Shown here: one piece after another, positions 1 to 11,983 of the stretch
Layout: every line of letters starts with the position of its first letter
Numbering within the stretch: the stretch's first letter is position 1
The notes under the pieces: generated by a model
What the model saw: only the letters and a program-made list of their open reading frames with translations
The model's database searches: none
What the model was told of the DNA's origin: nothing
Made by a program: the position numbers and the translations under genes
NCBI GenBank assembly: GCA_016870475.1
Contig: VGBO01000001.1
Location: 3,515 to 67,514, forward strand
Length of the DNA: 64,000 bases
Reading direction: 5' to 3'
DNA from: Actinomycetota bacterium
GTDB lineage: Bacteria; Actinomycetota; Acidimicrobiia; Acidimicrobiales; CAIXPF01

Positions 1-1046
1 AGGTCATGGTCGAAGCGGTCGGCGTTGCCGACCACGAGGATCGACGCGCCGAGCGGAACGACCTCGCCGGCGGCCCGCAGCGAACGGTCCGGGTCACCCG
101 TACCGTCGAGCAGGCGGACCCTCGTCCGCCCGCCACGCTCCGGTGGTGCGGGGAACGGCACGACGAGCGCCACCGCCTCGTCGACGTCCCCGACGGCCGC
201 CGTGTACCCGCGCCGTTCGGCGTCGCCCCCGGCGGAGACGGGCAACGTGAGCACGGTCGCATCGACACCGAGAAGCCCGCGGACGAGGTCGCCGAGCACG
301 CCCGCCGACGCGCCGCCACGTGCCATCCACGCTGCCCAGACGAGCTCGGCCCGGTAGAGGGCCTCGAGCTCGTCCTCCCCGGGCGCTCGTCGATGCAGGT
401 ACGCGGCGATCCGGTCGGCGGGGAGCTCCAACGGCCCGGCGGGGAAAAGATCCTCCCCGGCGTCGCCGAGGATCGGGGCCGGGTTGTCGATCCGCAGCGT
501 CGTGGTCGCCCCGACGGTCTCCCTCCAGGAGGCGTCGTCGAGCCGGACGACCTCGCCCACGTCCACGCGCAGGATCGCCTCGACCCGCCCCGCAAGGGCG
601 AGCGGGCCGTCGTCCCCGAAGGCCTCGCCCAGCGTCGGACCGGATGCCTCGACCCGGAGCGCCGCTGGGAGGAGCAGCACCCCGCCACCCCCCTGTCGAG
701 CGCTCCCGCCGACCAGCGCCGCAGCGACGAGTCGCCCGTCCGGCCCGACGTCGGCGACGAGGACCGTCGGCGACGCCGCGACGAACGCCTGGTAGCCGGG
801 CAGCGACGGATCGGCACCGGTCGACGCCGCCCCCGGTCCGGCGCCACGCAACGCCGCATCGACGCCGATCCGACCGAGCACCGGCACGGACAGCACGATC
901 GCAGCGACGAGCCCCACGACGACCACGCGGCGGACCCTCCGGGACGGCCTCGGGGGCTCACGTCGCGGGCCGACACTCCCCGTGGGCGCCGCGGGCGGTT
1001 CGACGGTGGAACTCGTCGGCGGCGCGGCCTCGGGCGTGTCGGACAT
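1..1046 (-). CDS. Membrane-anchored LytR_C-domain protein (3' end lies outside the window)
   Basis: Own minus-strand translation from ATG at 1046, which forms an ATGA overlap with the nadD stop. Sequence MSDTPEAAPP... has one hydrophobic helix (VVVVGLVAAIVLSVPVL). The later RTRVRLLDGTGDPDRSLRAAGEVVPLGASILVVGNADRF resembles LytR_C domains. The frame stays open to position 1, so it is absent from the ORF track. Confidence 0.6.
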   Translation of the reverse strand, partial: MSDTPEAAPPTSSTVEPPAAPTGSVGPRREPPRPSRRVRRVVVVGLVAAIVLSVPVLGRIGVDAALRGAGPGAASTGADPSLPGYQAFVAASPTVLVADVGPDGRLVAAALVGGSARQGGGGVLLLPAALRVEASGPTLGEAFGDDGPLALAGRVEAILRVDVGEVVRLDDASWRETVGATTTLRIDNPAPILGDAGEDLFPAGPLELPADRIAAYLHRRAPGEDELEALYRAELVWAAWMARGGASAGVLGDLVRGLLGVDATVLTLPVSAGGDAERRGYTAAVGDVDEAVALVVPFPAPPERGGRTRVRLLDGTGDPDRSLRAAGEVVPLGASILVVGNADRFDHD

Positions 1047-1627
1047 CACGGGCGACGATAGATGCCGCGCCGTTCGATCACGGAGTGCACCGCCTCGGGC
1101 ACGAGCCCGCCGACGGGTCGGCCTGCGACAAGTGATCGCCGAAGGTCCGTCGAGGAGACGTCGATCTCGGGCATGTGCACCGCGTCGACGGCGAAGCCGG
1201 GAGGGTCGTGCCGCACTGCACCGGGCCGGTCGAGCAGCGCGATCCGCACCCGACCCGCGAGATCCTCCCAACGGTGCCAGGTCGGCATCCCTGCGGCGGC
1301 GTCGACGCCGAGCACCAGCCAGATCGCTGCGCCGGGGTGCGAGGCCTCGAGGTCGGCCACGGTGTCCACCGTGTAGCTCGGCCCGCCACGGTCGATGTCG
1401 ACCGTGCTCACCTCGAGCCCTGGGTGACCCTCGACCGCCGCCTCGACCATCGCAAGCCGGTCCGCCGCCGGGGTGACGGGCCGGTCGGCCGACTTCTGCC
1501 AGGGGTCGTTGGCGACCACGAACAGCACCCGATCGAGGCGAAGTTGGTCGAGGGTGTAAAGACCGGCGGCGACATGGCCGATATGAGGGGGGTCGAAGGT
1601 CCCGCCGAGCACTCCGAGCCGTTCCAC
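1046..1627 (-). CDS. nadD: Nicotinate-nucleotide adenylyltransferase
   Basis: ORF 1046..1996 contains VERLGVLGGTFDPPHIGH...FVVANDPWQK (HxGH nucleotidyltransferase motif). GTG at 1627 gives the canonical N-terminus. The longer ORF-track version, and the alternative ATG at 1666, run into the divergent sigma gene. Confidence 0.85.
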   Translation of the reverse strand: MERLGVLGGTFDPPHIGHVAAGLYTLDQLRLDRVLFVVANDPWQKSADRPVTPAADRLAMVEAAVEGHPGLEVSTVDIDRGGPSYTVDTVADLEASHPGAAIWLVLGVDAAAGMPTWHRWEDLAGRVRIALLDRPGAVRHDPPGFAVDAVHMPEIDVSSTDLRRSLVAGRPVGGLVPEAVHSVIERRGIYRRP

Positions 1628-1664
1628 CGGCAGGGAGTGTACGGGGCAGGAGAGGACGCAGGTC

Positions 1665-2507
1665 ATGAGTGATGCAATCGGTCGGTACCTCGAGGAGATC
1701 GGCGCCGTGGCGCTGCTCACCGCCGAGGAGGAGCGCGAGTTGGCGCAGATCATCGAGGCGGGCCGGGAGGCGCGTCTGCGCATCGCCAACGGCAGCCGCC
1801 ATCTCGCCGACAAGCGGGCGGCCGAGGCCGCTGCGAGAGCGAAGGACCGGTTCATCCGAGCCAATCTCCGGCTCGTGGTGAGCATCGCCCGCCGGTATCC
1901 GCTGCCCTCCACGATGGAGCTGCTCGACCTGATCCAGGAGGGCAACATCGGGCTCGAGCACGCCGTCGACAAGTTCGACTGGCGCAAGGGCTTCAAGTTC
2001 TCGACCTACGCGACCTTCTGGATCCGCCAGTCGATCGGTCGGGCCCTCGACCAGAAGGCGTCACTCGTCCGTCTCCCGGGCGACCGTTCGGCGTCGCTCC
2101 GGGCGGCGTTGCGGCGGGTCTCCGGCGACGGCGACGGGCTCGACGCCGAGCACGCCCACCTGCACCGCCTCTCCACGCCGACGTCGCTCGACCGGCCCGT
2201 CGGCGACACCGGGTCCGACGAGCTCGTCGACCTCATCCCCGCACATGTCCCGGGTCCGGAAGCGGAGTTGATGGCCCGCGTCGAACAGCAGATGATCGCC
2301 GATCTGCTCGACGTCCTCGACGCACGAGCGCGCTACGCCGTCGAGCAGCGGTTCGGCCTGCACGACGGACGCAAGCGCTCCTACCGCGAGGTCGGCGACG
2401 AGCTCGGCGTCACCGCCGAGGCGGCCCGGCGGCTCGTGAAGCGGGCCGTGGGCACGATCCGCAACAGCGCGCCCGCTTCGGTCGCCGCAGCGATCAGCGC
2501 CGCCTGA
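1665..2507 (+). CDS. Sigma-70 family RNA polymerase sigma factor
   Basis: RFIRANLRLVVSIARRY and IQEGNIGLEHAVDKFDWRKGFKFSTYATFWIRQSIGRAL correspond to regions 2.1-2.4. C-terminal SYREVGDELGVTAEAARRLVKRA corresponds to the region 4.2 HTH. Confidence 0.9.
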   Translation: MSDAIGRYLEEIGAVALLTAEEERELAQIIEAGREARLRIANGSRHLADKRAAEAAARAKDRFIRANLRLVVSIARRYPLPSTMELLDLIQEGNIGLEHAVDKFDWRKGFKFSTYATFWIRQSIGRALDQKASLVRLPGDRSASLRAALRRVSGDGDGLDAEHAHLHRLSTPTSLDRPVGDTGSDELVDLIPAHVPGPEAELMARVEQQMIADLLDVLDARARYAVEQRFGLHDGRKRSYREVGDELGVTAEAARRLVKRAVGTIRNSAPASVAAAISAA

Positions 2508-2556
2508 CGTTGCGCACTTTGCGACGACGGTACGTACCGACAAGGCTTGGTGGTCG

Positions 2557-3900
2557 ATGACGCAGCCCTGGAGCCCCACCTCGTGGCAGAACCTGCAGGC
2601 CGAGCAGCAGCCCGAGTACCCCGACGCCGCCACGCTTGAGGCGACGCTCAAGACGCTCGCGTCCTTCCCTCCGCTCGTCTTCGCCGGTGAGGCACGCGAC
2701 CTGCAGGCAAAGCTCGCCGAGGTCGCACACGGGCGTGCGTTCCTGCTGCAGGCCGGCGACTGCGCCGAGAGCTTCGGGGACTTCACGGCCGATCGCATCC
2801 GGGACAAGCTGAAGGTCATCCTGCAGATGGCCGTCGTCCTCACCTACTCCTACGGCGTCCCGGTGGTGAAGGTCGGTCGGATCGCCGGCCAGTACGGCAA
2901 GCCGCGGTCGTCGCCGACCGAGACCATCGACGGGGTGACCCTCCCCTCGTTCCGTGGGCATAACGTGAACTCCGAGGCGTTCTCGGCGGCGGCACGCACC
3001 CCCGATCCGGAACGACTCGTGACCGGCTACCACCAGGCGGCGGCGACGCTGAACCTGGTCCGGGCGTTCACCAAGGGCGGGTTCGCCGACCTCCGTCGGG
3101 TGCACGCCTGGAACCAGGAGTTCGTCGCCGATTCCGCCGAGGGCCACCGCTACGAGGAGCTCGCCAACGGCATCGAGCGGGCGCTGCGCTTCATGCGGGC
3201 GTGCGGGCTCGACACCGCTGCGGAGGCGCAACTCCACCAGGTCGACTTCTACACCTCGCACGAGGCGTTGCTGCTCGGCTACGAGCAGGCCCTCACGCGC
3301 CGCGACTCCCTGACCGGCGACTGGTACGACTGCTCCGCCCACCTGCTCTGGATTGGCGAACGGACCCGCCAGCTCGACGGCGCCCACCTCGAGTTCCTCC
3401 GCGGCGTGCACAACCCGCTCGGCTGCAAGATCGGACCGTCCGCCACACCGGAGGACGTGCTCGAGATCTGCGAGAAGCTCAACCCCGACCGCATCCCGGG
3501 CCGTCTCACCCTCATCTCCCGCATGGGTGCGACGATGGTCCGGGCGACGCTCGAGCCGCTGCTCGTCGCCGTGCGTGACGCCGGCCATCCGGTGGTGTGG
3601 GTGTGCGACCCGATGCACGGGAACACGTTCACCTCGTCGTCGGGCTTCAAGACCCGCGACTTCGACGACGTGATGGGGGAGATCGAGGGGTTCTTCGCTG
3701 CGCACCGTTCGGTCGGGACCTGGCCGGGCGGCGTGCACGTGGAGCTCACGGGCGACGACGTCACCGAGTGTCTCGGCGGGTCGGCCAAGGTGCTCGAAGG
3801 GCACCTCGATCGCCGCTACGAGACGATCTGCGACCCGCGGCTGAACGCGCGCCAGGGGCTCGACCTCGCGTTCCGCGTGGCCGAGCTCCTCGCCGACTGA
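2557..3900 (+). CDS. Class II (plant-like) 3-deoxy-7-phosphoheptulonate (DAHP) synthase
   Basis: 447 aa. WSPTSWQNLQAEQQPEYPD and FLLQAGDCAESF near the N-terminus, and the overall length, are typical of class II DAHP synthases. Confidence 0.85.
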   Translation: MTQPWSPTSWQNLQAEQQPEYPDAATLEATLKTLASFPPLVFAGEARDLQAKLAEVAHGRAFLLQAGDCAESFGDFTADRIRDKLKVILQMAVVLTYSYGVPVVKVGRIAGQYGKPRSSPTETIDGVTLPSFRGHNVNSEAFSAAARTPDPERLVTGYHQAAATLNLVRAFTKGGFADLRRVHAWNQEFVADSAEGHRYEELANGIERALRFMRACGLDTAAEAQLHQVDFYTSHEALLLGYEQALTRRDSLTGDWYDCSAHLLWIGERTRQLDGAHLEFLRGVHNPLGCKIGPSATPEDVLEICEKLNPDRIPGRLTLISRMGATMVRATLEPLLVAVRDAGHPVVWVCDPMHGNTFTSSSGFKTRDFDDVMGEIEGFFAAHRSVGTWPGGVHVELTGDDVTECLGGSAKVLEGHLDRRYETICDPRLNARQGLDLAFRVAELLAD

Positions 3901-3915
3901 GCGTCGCGCCGGGCG

Positions 3916-4731
3916 TCAGCCGCCGTAGCTGTAGCCGAGGCCGGCGCGGGCGTCGTTCTGGATGCCGTACGCGGGGATCGGGTAGCGAAGGCCGTTGCGA
4001 GACAGCGCCTCGAGCCCGGCGATCATCTTCGGCACGAACTCCGGCGGCGTCGCCATGAGGAGTTCGTCGTCGGGGACGGCGCCGTAACGACGCTCGGCGA
4101 AACAGGGAAGCGACACCGAGGGCTCACGGAGCTTCAGCGCCCGGCCCCAGGAGTCCGCGCACGCCGACTCGCCGACGCACCCCCACGTGAAGTTCTTGTA
4201 GCCGCTCCACTGCAGCCCGTTGATCATCAGGATCATCTGCGCCGGGTTCGCGTAGATCATGCAGATGTCCGGCGGGTCGAGCCGACCGGCGGTCAACGGG
4301 GACACGGCGACGGCCTCGTACTGCCCGAACGGCACGAGGTGCATGGCGTGCTGGTGGGCGCTCGCGTCCTCGAGCGTCTCGAACCAGACGCCACTCATCC
4401 GCTCCCCCGACAGCCACTTCTCGTCGGGCGCCTTCAGACCGACCACGGCACCGCACTGGTCACCGACGAAGTCGGCGTTGGTCGCACCGACCGTCCAGCC
4501 GATCCGGGAGGCCATGGACACGATCTGGTCCATCGTGTGGATCGACTGCGGACGCCGGATCTTCGGCACCGCTTCCATCTCCGCCACCGTGGCGAACATC
4601 TTCATGCCGATCGGCGTCGTCCGCAGCCGGAGCAGGCGGTTCAGGTCATCGACGATCTTCGTCCAGTCGTACTGGCCCGGTGCTGTCGAACCGGTGATCG
4701 CGACCGTGGTCTCGTTGCTGTCCCCCGTCAT
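3916..4731 (-). CDS. DUF169-like protein of unknown function
   Basis: 271-aa ORF with normal composition. TPIGMKMF, HTMDQIVSMASRIGW and DQCGAVVGL resemble DUF169 proteins from memory. The family assignment is tentative. Confidence 0.5.
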   Translation of the reverse strand: MTGDSNETTVAITGSTAPGQYDWTKIVDDLNRLLRLRTTPIGMKMFATVAEMEAVPKIRRPQSIHTMDQIVSMASRIGWTVGATNADFVGDQCGAVVGLKAPDEKWLSGERMSGVWFETLEDASAHQHAMHLVPFGQYEAVAVSPLTAGRLDPPDICMIYANPAQMILMINGLQWSGYKNFTWGCVGESACADSWGRALKLREPSVSLPCFAERRYGAVPDDELLMATPPEFVPKMIAGLEALSRNGLRYPIPAYGIQNDARAGLGYSYGG

Positions 4732-4741
4732 GACGGGGATC

Positions 4742-5401
4742 CTAGACCTCGGTCCGGGCAGGGAGTCCGGCGAGATGTGCGGCGTCGTTGTAGCGGACGA
4801 GGCGCCAACGATCGGGCAGCTCGCCGTCGGCGTGCCGGGCGGCGAGCTCGGTGAACGAGCAGTTGAGCGTCCACAGGTCGTGGTTCGAGCGGTACGGCAG
4901 ACCCAGCACCCCCCGCAACGCCATGTCGATCACCCCGCCGTGGCAGGAGACGAGCACCGTGCGGCCGAGATACGCCTCGGTGAGGTCGTGGAGGACGGCA
5001 CCGACCCGGCAGAAGAACTCGGCGAGGGACTCGGCTCCCGGCGCCATCCGTGTGTGCGGGAGGCGGTCCCACTGCGGGTCGCCGTACCGTTCGACGACCT
5101 CCGACCACCCGAGCCCGTCCGCATCGCCGGCGATGTGCTCCACGAGTCGCTCGTCGGTGGTGACCCCGAGACGGAGCTCGGCGTCGAGGATCTCCGCCGT
5201 CTCGACCGCCCGGGGGAGCGTCGACGCGACGATCGCGTCGACGGTCGGCTCGTGGCCGGCGACGAGCCGCTCCCGCAGCCGTTCCGCCTGGAGCCGACCG
5301 AGGTCGGACAGGCCGGTGCATCCGACCGCCCCGCCGACGATCTGGCGGACCGTGGCCACGGACTCACCGTGGCGGACGAGGAGCAGGCGTGTTGTCGCCA
5401 T
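4742..5401 (-). CDS. Histidine phosphatase (phosphoglycerate mutase superfamily) protein
   Basis: LLLVRHGES motif at the N-terminus and SCHGGVI later. The start codon directly abuts the stop of the upstream VWA gene (5401/5402). Confidence 0.8.
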   Translation of the reverse strand: MATTRLLLVRHGESVATVRQIVGGAVGCTGLSDLGRLQAERLRERLVAGHEPTVDAIVASTLPRAVETAEILDAELRLGVTTDERLVEHIAGDADGLGWSEVVERYGDPQWDRLPHTRMAPGAESLAEFFCRVGAVLHDLTEAYLGRTVLVSCHGGVIDMALRGVLGLPYRSNHDLWTLNCSFTELAARHADGELPDRWRLVRYNDAAHLAGLPARTEV

Positions 5402-6904
5402 TCAGGCGAGGTTGTCGACGAACCCCTCGAGCTGCCGGAGGTTCCGGCACTCGAACACGCCGTTGCAGTGTTGGCCGTACTCGCCGACGATGGAATCGCC
5501 GGTGTCCCAGTAGCTGCGCGGCTCCGGGTTCAGCCAGAACACGGACCGGGCCTTCTCGCGCAGTTCCTTGATGATCCAGGCCTGCGACGAGTGGTAGTTG
5601 TTGCGGGCGTCGCCCAGGATGATCACGGTGGTCTTGGGCCCGACCTCACGGCCGAACTTCTCCCAGAAGACCTCGAAGGCGTGGCCGTAGTCGGAGTGCC
5701 CGTCGACCCACACGACGTCTGCCTCGGTATTGACCCGGTGCACGGCCTCGAGGATGTCCTCAGTCCCCTCGAAGTACTTGGTCACCTCGTCGAGCCCGTC
5801 GATGAACACGAAGGACCGGACCTTGGAGAACTGGCTCGAGATCGCGTACACGAGGTGCAGGGTGAACCGTGCGAACGCAGCGACCGATCCTGAGATGTCG
5901 GCGATCACCATGATGTCGGGCTTCTTCGGCCGGGGCCGCCGGAACTTCAGCTCGGCCGGCACCCCGCCGTAGGACATCGAGTGGCGCACCGTGTTGCGGA
6001 AGTCGAGCGCACCACGCCGGCCGTGCAGGCGCTTCCGCTGCAGGCGCACGGCGAGCTTGCGGGTGAGCGGGTAGATGGCCTTGCGGAGCTTGGCCATCTC
6101 GTCCCGGGACGCGTGCATGAAGTCGACGTCCTCGGGGAGCGGCTTGCGCAGCGTCTTCGCCATCGCCTCGACCCCGCGGTCGGCGACGAGGCGGCGACGG
6201 ATCTCCGCTTCGATCTCCTGGCGGAGCTGGTCGACCCGGTTCTCGAACTCGTCACCCTGGAGCCGCTCCTCGAGGGGCGACATCTTGCCGCCGACCTTCT
6301 GACGGGCCTCCTCCATGAGCTTGGCGAGCACACCGTCGAGGTCGAGGTTCCGCAGGGTCCGGTAGAGGTAGTACGTGCCGCCGACGGGCCGTCCCGGTTC
6401 CATGCCGGCGAAACGCTTCACCGCGGTGCGCGACACCATGCGCATGAGGCCACGGTCGCCGGAGAGGATGGCGTTGTACAGCATCTGGGCGAGCTGTTCT
6501 GGCGTGATCGCCGACCCACCGCCCTTGCCGTCGCCGCCCTGGCCGGCCATCTCGCCGTCACCGTCGCCGTCCTGCTCCTCACCGTCCTCGGAGGGCTGGC
6601 CCTCGCCGTCCTCACCGAGCGCGTACTGGTCGCCGCGCAACGAGAAGTAGATCTCGAAGACCGTCTCGAACGCCTTCCAGTGCGACTGGTTCTTCACCAT
6701 CGTCGCAGCGAGCGCGTACTTGAACGCCTCGCGGTCGCCGAGCGGCACGTGCCGCAGGGCCTCCATTGCGTCGAGGTTCTCGGTGAGGCTCACCGGGATC
6801 GACGCGTTGCGCAGCTCGATGACGAAACCGTTGAGCAGCTCGAGCAGCGGCTGCCCGAGCTCGATCGGTACGGGTACGGAGTCGGCGTCCTCGGTGACGG
6901 TCAT
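5402..6904 (-). CDS. CoxE-type von Willebrand factor A (VWA) domain protein
   Basis: In-frame ATG at 6904 (MTVTEDADS...) lies inside ORF 5402..7435. The upstream part of that ORF is Arg/Ser-rich and overlaps moxR. PDIMVIADISGSV (MIDAS DxSxS), ILGDARNN and WLNPEP are present, plus an acidic Gly/Asp/Glu linker. Confidence 0.8.
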   Translation of the reverse strand: MTVTEDADSVPVPIELGQPLLELLNGFVIELRNASIPVSLTENLDAMEALRHVPLGDREAFKYALAATMVKNQSHWKAFETVFEIYFSLRGDQYALGEDGEGQPSEDGEEQDGDGDGEMAGQGGDGKGGGSAITPEQLAQMLYNAILSGDRGLMRMVSRTAVKRFAGMEPGRPVGGTYYLYRTLRNLDLDGVLAKLMEEARQKVGGKMSPLEERLQGDEFENRVDQLRQEIEAEIRRRLVADRGVEAMAKTLRKPLPEDVDFMHASRDEMAKLRKAIYPLTRKLAVRLQRKRLHGRRGALDFRNTVRHSMSYGGVPAELKFRRPRPKKPDIMVIADISGSVAAFARFTLHLVYAISSQFSKVRSFVFIDGLDEVTKYFEGTEDILEAVHRVNTEADVVWVDGHSDYGHAFEVFWEKFGREVGPKTTVIILGDARNNYHSSQAWIIKELREKARSVFWLNPEPRSYWDTGDSIVGEYGQHCNGVFECRNLRQLEGFVDNLA

Positions 6905-6917
6905 GGGGCTTGTCCGC

Positions 6918-7823
6918 TCAGGGCGTCTTCTGCCACTTGGACTGCGCCGAGGAGAGTTCCTTCGCAGTCTTCGCGATGTCGGTCTGGTACTTGAGCAGGA
7001 TGTGGAGGGTGTCCACCGCATCGGCCTCGGTGACCTGCTGCACGCCGAGGAGCACGAGGGTGTTCGCCCAGTCGAGCGTCTCGGAGACCGACGGCGCCTT
7101 CTTGAGCTCGAGCGACCGGATCGTGCGCACGATGCGGGCGACCTGGTCGGCGAGCGTCTCGGTGATGCCCGGCACCTTCGTGAGCACGATCTCGCGCTCA
7201 CGGTCGATCTCGGGGTAGTCGATGTGCAGGAACAGGCAGCGACGCTTGAGCGCCTCGGAGAGTTCCCGGGTGTTGTTCGAGGTGAGGAACACGAGCGGGA
7301 TCTGCGTCGCCGTGATCGTTCCCATCTCGGGGATCGACACCTGGTAGTCGGAGAGGATCTCGAGCAGCAGCGCCTCGGTCTCGATCTCGACGCGGTCGAC
7401 CTCGTCGATGAGGAGCACGACGGGGTCCTCGGCACGGATCGCCTCGAGGAGCGGGCGGGTCAGCAGGAACTCGTCGCCGAAGATGTCGTCGGACATCTCC
7501 GACCAGTCCTTCGAGGCGTCACCCCGCTCGGCCTGGATGCGCAGGAGCTGCTTCTTGTAGTTCCACTCGTACAGTGCCTTCGCCTCGTCGAGGCCCTCGT
7601 AGCACTGCAGGCGGATGAGCCGCGCACCGGTGGTCTCGGCGACGGACTTGGCGAGCTGGGTCTTGCCCGTGCCCGCAGGGCCCTCGACGAGGATCGGCTT
7701 GCGGAGGCGGTCGGCCAGGTAGACCACGCCGGCGATGCTCTCGTCCGAGAGGTAGTTCACCCCACGGAGGGCGTCACGCACCCCCGTCACCGATTCGAAG
7801 CGATTCTCCATGGGCGGGAGCAT
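6918..7823 (-). CDS. MoxR-family AAA+ ATPase
   Basis: PILVEGPAGTGKTQLAKS (Walker A) and VVLLIDEVDR (Walker B). The 301-aa single-AAA architecture is typical of MoxR/CoxD. Confidence 0.9.
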   Translation of the reverse strand: MLPPMENRFESVTGVRDALRGVNYLSDESIAGVVYLADRLRKPILVEGPAGTGKTQLAKSVAETTGARLIRLQCYEGLDEAKALYEWNYKKQLLRIQAERGDASKDWSEMSDDIFGDEFLLTRPLLEAIRAEDPVVLLIDEVDRVEIETEALLLEILSDYQVSIPEMGTITATQIPLVFLTSNNTRELSEALKRRCLFLHIDYPEIDREREIVLTKVPGITETLADQVARIVRTIRSLELKKAPSVSETLDWANTLVLLGVQQVTEADAVDTLHILLKYQTDIAKTAKELSSAQSKWQKTP

Positions 7824-7865
7824 AGGGGTCCGCCGCCGCGGCAGGTAATCACCCCGTATCGTCGC

Positions 7866-8963
7866 TCACTCCTCCGAGGGAACGAGCACGAGCTCGTCCC
7901 GGTGCACGACCGGGGCACGGTCCGCTGAGGCGAGCTCGTCGGTGCGTCGACCCTTCACGCGTTCGACGACCCGAGAGCTGACCCGGGCGAGACCCTTGGC
8001 GAACACGACCCCGTCGGGGCCGACGAGTTCGACGGCGGCGCCGGCGTGGAACCGGCCGTCGACGGCGGTGACCCCCACCGGGAGCAGGGACGTATCACGC
8101 TCGGCGAGCGCCCGCCGTGCCCCGGCGTCGACGTGCAGCACCCCCTCGGCCGGCACCGCGAACGCGATCCACAGCTTCTTCGCGGGGAGTTGTCGGTCCT
8201 GGGCGAGGACGACGGTGCCCACGCCGGAGGTCCCCGCCACGGCGTCGGCGAGTACGTCGGCGCGGCCGGCCGCGGCGATCACCGTGCGGACGCCCGACCA
8301 GGCGGCGATCTTCGCCGCGGCGAGCTTCGACGCCATGCCTCCGCTCCCCCGGGCGCTCCCCCGTCCCCCGGCGACGGACTCGAGTGCCCGGTCGACGGTG
8401 CGGATCTCCTCGATGAGCGAGGCGCCGGGATCGACCCGGGGATCGGCGGTGAACAGCCCGGGCGTGTCGGTGAGTAGCACGAGCAGGTCGGCCTGCACGA
8501 GGTGGGCGAGGAGCGCCGCGATGCGGTCGTTGTCACCGAAGCGGATCTCGGTGTCGGCCAGCGCGTCGTTCTCGTTGACGATCGGCACGACACCGAGGTC
8601 GAGCAACCGTTCGAGCGTGGCACGGGCGTGCAGGTACTGGGAACGTTCGAAGAAGTCGAGCGGTGAGATCAGCACCTGTCCGGCGACGATGGCGTGGTCG
8701 GCGAACACGTCGTTGTAGGTCTGCATCAGGCGGCTCTGACCGACGGCGGAGAGTGCCTGCAGGGTCCGACGGTCGCGGGGGCGGGAGGTCATGCCCAACG
8801 CCGGCATGCCGGCCGCGACGGCACCGGAGGTGACGACGATGATCGAGTGACCGTCCGCGACGAGTCGGGCGACCTCGCCGCAGAGCTTCTCGATCGCCGC
8901 GACCTCGATGTGGCCGGTCTCGTCGGTGAGCGAGGACGTACCGATCTTCGCCACGATGCGCAC
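7866..8963 (-). CDS. proB: Glutamate 5-kinase
   Basis: VRIVAKIGTSSLTD... is an amino-acid-kinase N-terminus, and a PUA-like C-terminus is present. GTG at 8963 lies 2 nt after the obg stop. The rest of ORF 7866..9770 is Arg/Pro-rich junk overlapping obg. Confidence 0.85.
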   Translation of the reverse strand: MRIVAKIGTSSLTDETGHIEVAAIEKLCGEVARLVADGHSIIVVTSGAVAAGMPALGMTSRPRDRRTLQALSAVGQSRLMQTYNDVFADHAIVAGQVLISPLDFFERSQYLHARATLERLLDLGVVPIVNENDALADTEIRFGDNDRIAALLAHLVQADLLVLLTDTPGLFTADPRVDPGASLIEEIRTVDRALESVAGGRGSARGSGGMASKLAAAKIAAWSGVRTVIAAAGRADVLADAVAGTSGVGTVVLAQDRQLPAKKLWIAFAVPAEGVLHVDAGARRALAERDTSLLPVGVTAVDGRFHAGAAVELVGPDGVVFAKGLARVSSRVVERVKGRRTDELASADRAPVVHRDELVLVPSEE

Positions 8964-8965
8964 GG

Positions 8966-11410
<2,445 letters not shown>

Positions 11411-11430
<20 letters not shown>

Positions 11431-11662
11431 CGACCTTGCGGCCCTTCGACTGACCGAAGTTCACCACGCCGTCGGCGAGAGCGAACAGCGTGTCGTCACT
11501 GCCACGGCCGACGTTCTCGCCGGGGTGGAAGCGGGTGCCGCGCTGCCGCACGATGATCGAACCGGCCGGCACGCGAGTGCCGCCGAATGCCTTCACCCCG
11601 AGCCGCTGCGCATGTGAGTCGCGGCCGTTCCTGGTGGAGCCGCCGCCCTTGGTCTTCGACAT
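11411..11662 (-). CDS. rpmA: 50S ribosomal protein L27
   Basis: [28 protein letters not shown]... is a canonical L27 sequence. Confidence 0.95.
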
Positions 11663-11674
11663 GTGGTCGCTCCC

Positions 11675-11983
11675 TCAGCCCTTGGAGATCGCGGTGATCT
11701 CGATGGTGGAGTACTTCTGGCGGTGACCCCAGCGCCGACGCTCGTTCGCCTTCGACTTGTACGTGAAGCCGACGATCTTCGGGCCCTTGGCCTCGCCCAC
11801 CACCCGAGCCGTCACCCGCGCTCCGGCGAGCCGACTCGGCGTCGCGAGCGTGTCCGCCCCGTCGACCACGAGGACCGGCGTGAAGGACAGATCGTCTTCG
11901 GGCCCGCCGACGCGCTCGACGTCGAGGCGTTGCCCCTCGGTCACGCGATACTGCTTGCCACCGGTCTTGATCACTGCGTACAT
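11675..11983 (-). CDS. rplU: 50S ribosomal protein L21
   Basis: MYAVIKTGGKQYRV... starts at ATG 11983 inside ORF 11675..12076. Confidence 0.95.
   Translation of the reverse strand: MYAVIKTGGKQYRVTEGQRLDVERVGGPEDDLSFTPVLVVDGADTLATPSRLAGARVTARVVGEAKGPKIVGFTYKSKANERRRWGHRQKYSTIEITAISKG

Noticed and set aside
1664-1667. Head-to-head start codons sharing a CATG tetranucleotide: nadD/sigma at 1664-1667 and CoA-transferase/transglutaminase-like at 48441-48444. This would imply fully overlapping divergent leaderless genes.
   Set aside because: In both pairs one partner has an equally good or better downstream in-frame GTG (nadD at 1627, giving VERLGVLGGTFDP; transglutaminase-like at 48466). The overlap is therefore not required by the sequence.
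2528-2539. Perfect 12-nt palindrome CGGTACGTACCG, 17 nt upstream of the DAHP synthase start, considered as a possible operator or attenuator.
   Set aside because: It is short and occurs once, with no associated regulator and no leader-peptide or terminator structure. It may also lie inside a sigma-DAHP synthase co-transcript. The evidence is insufficient to call it a regulatory site.
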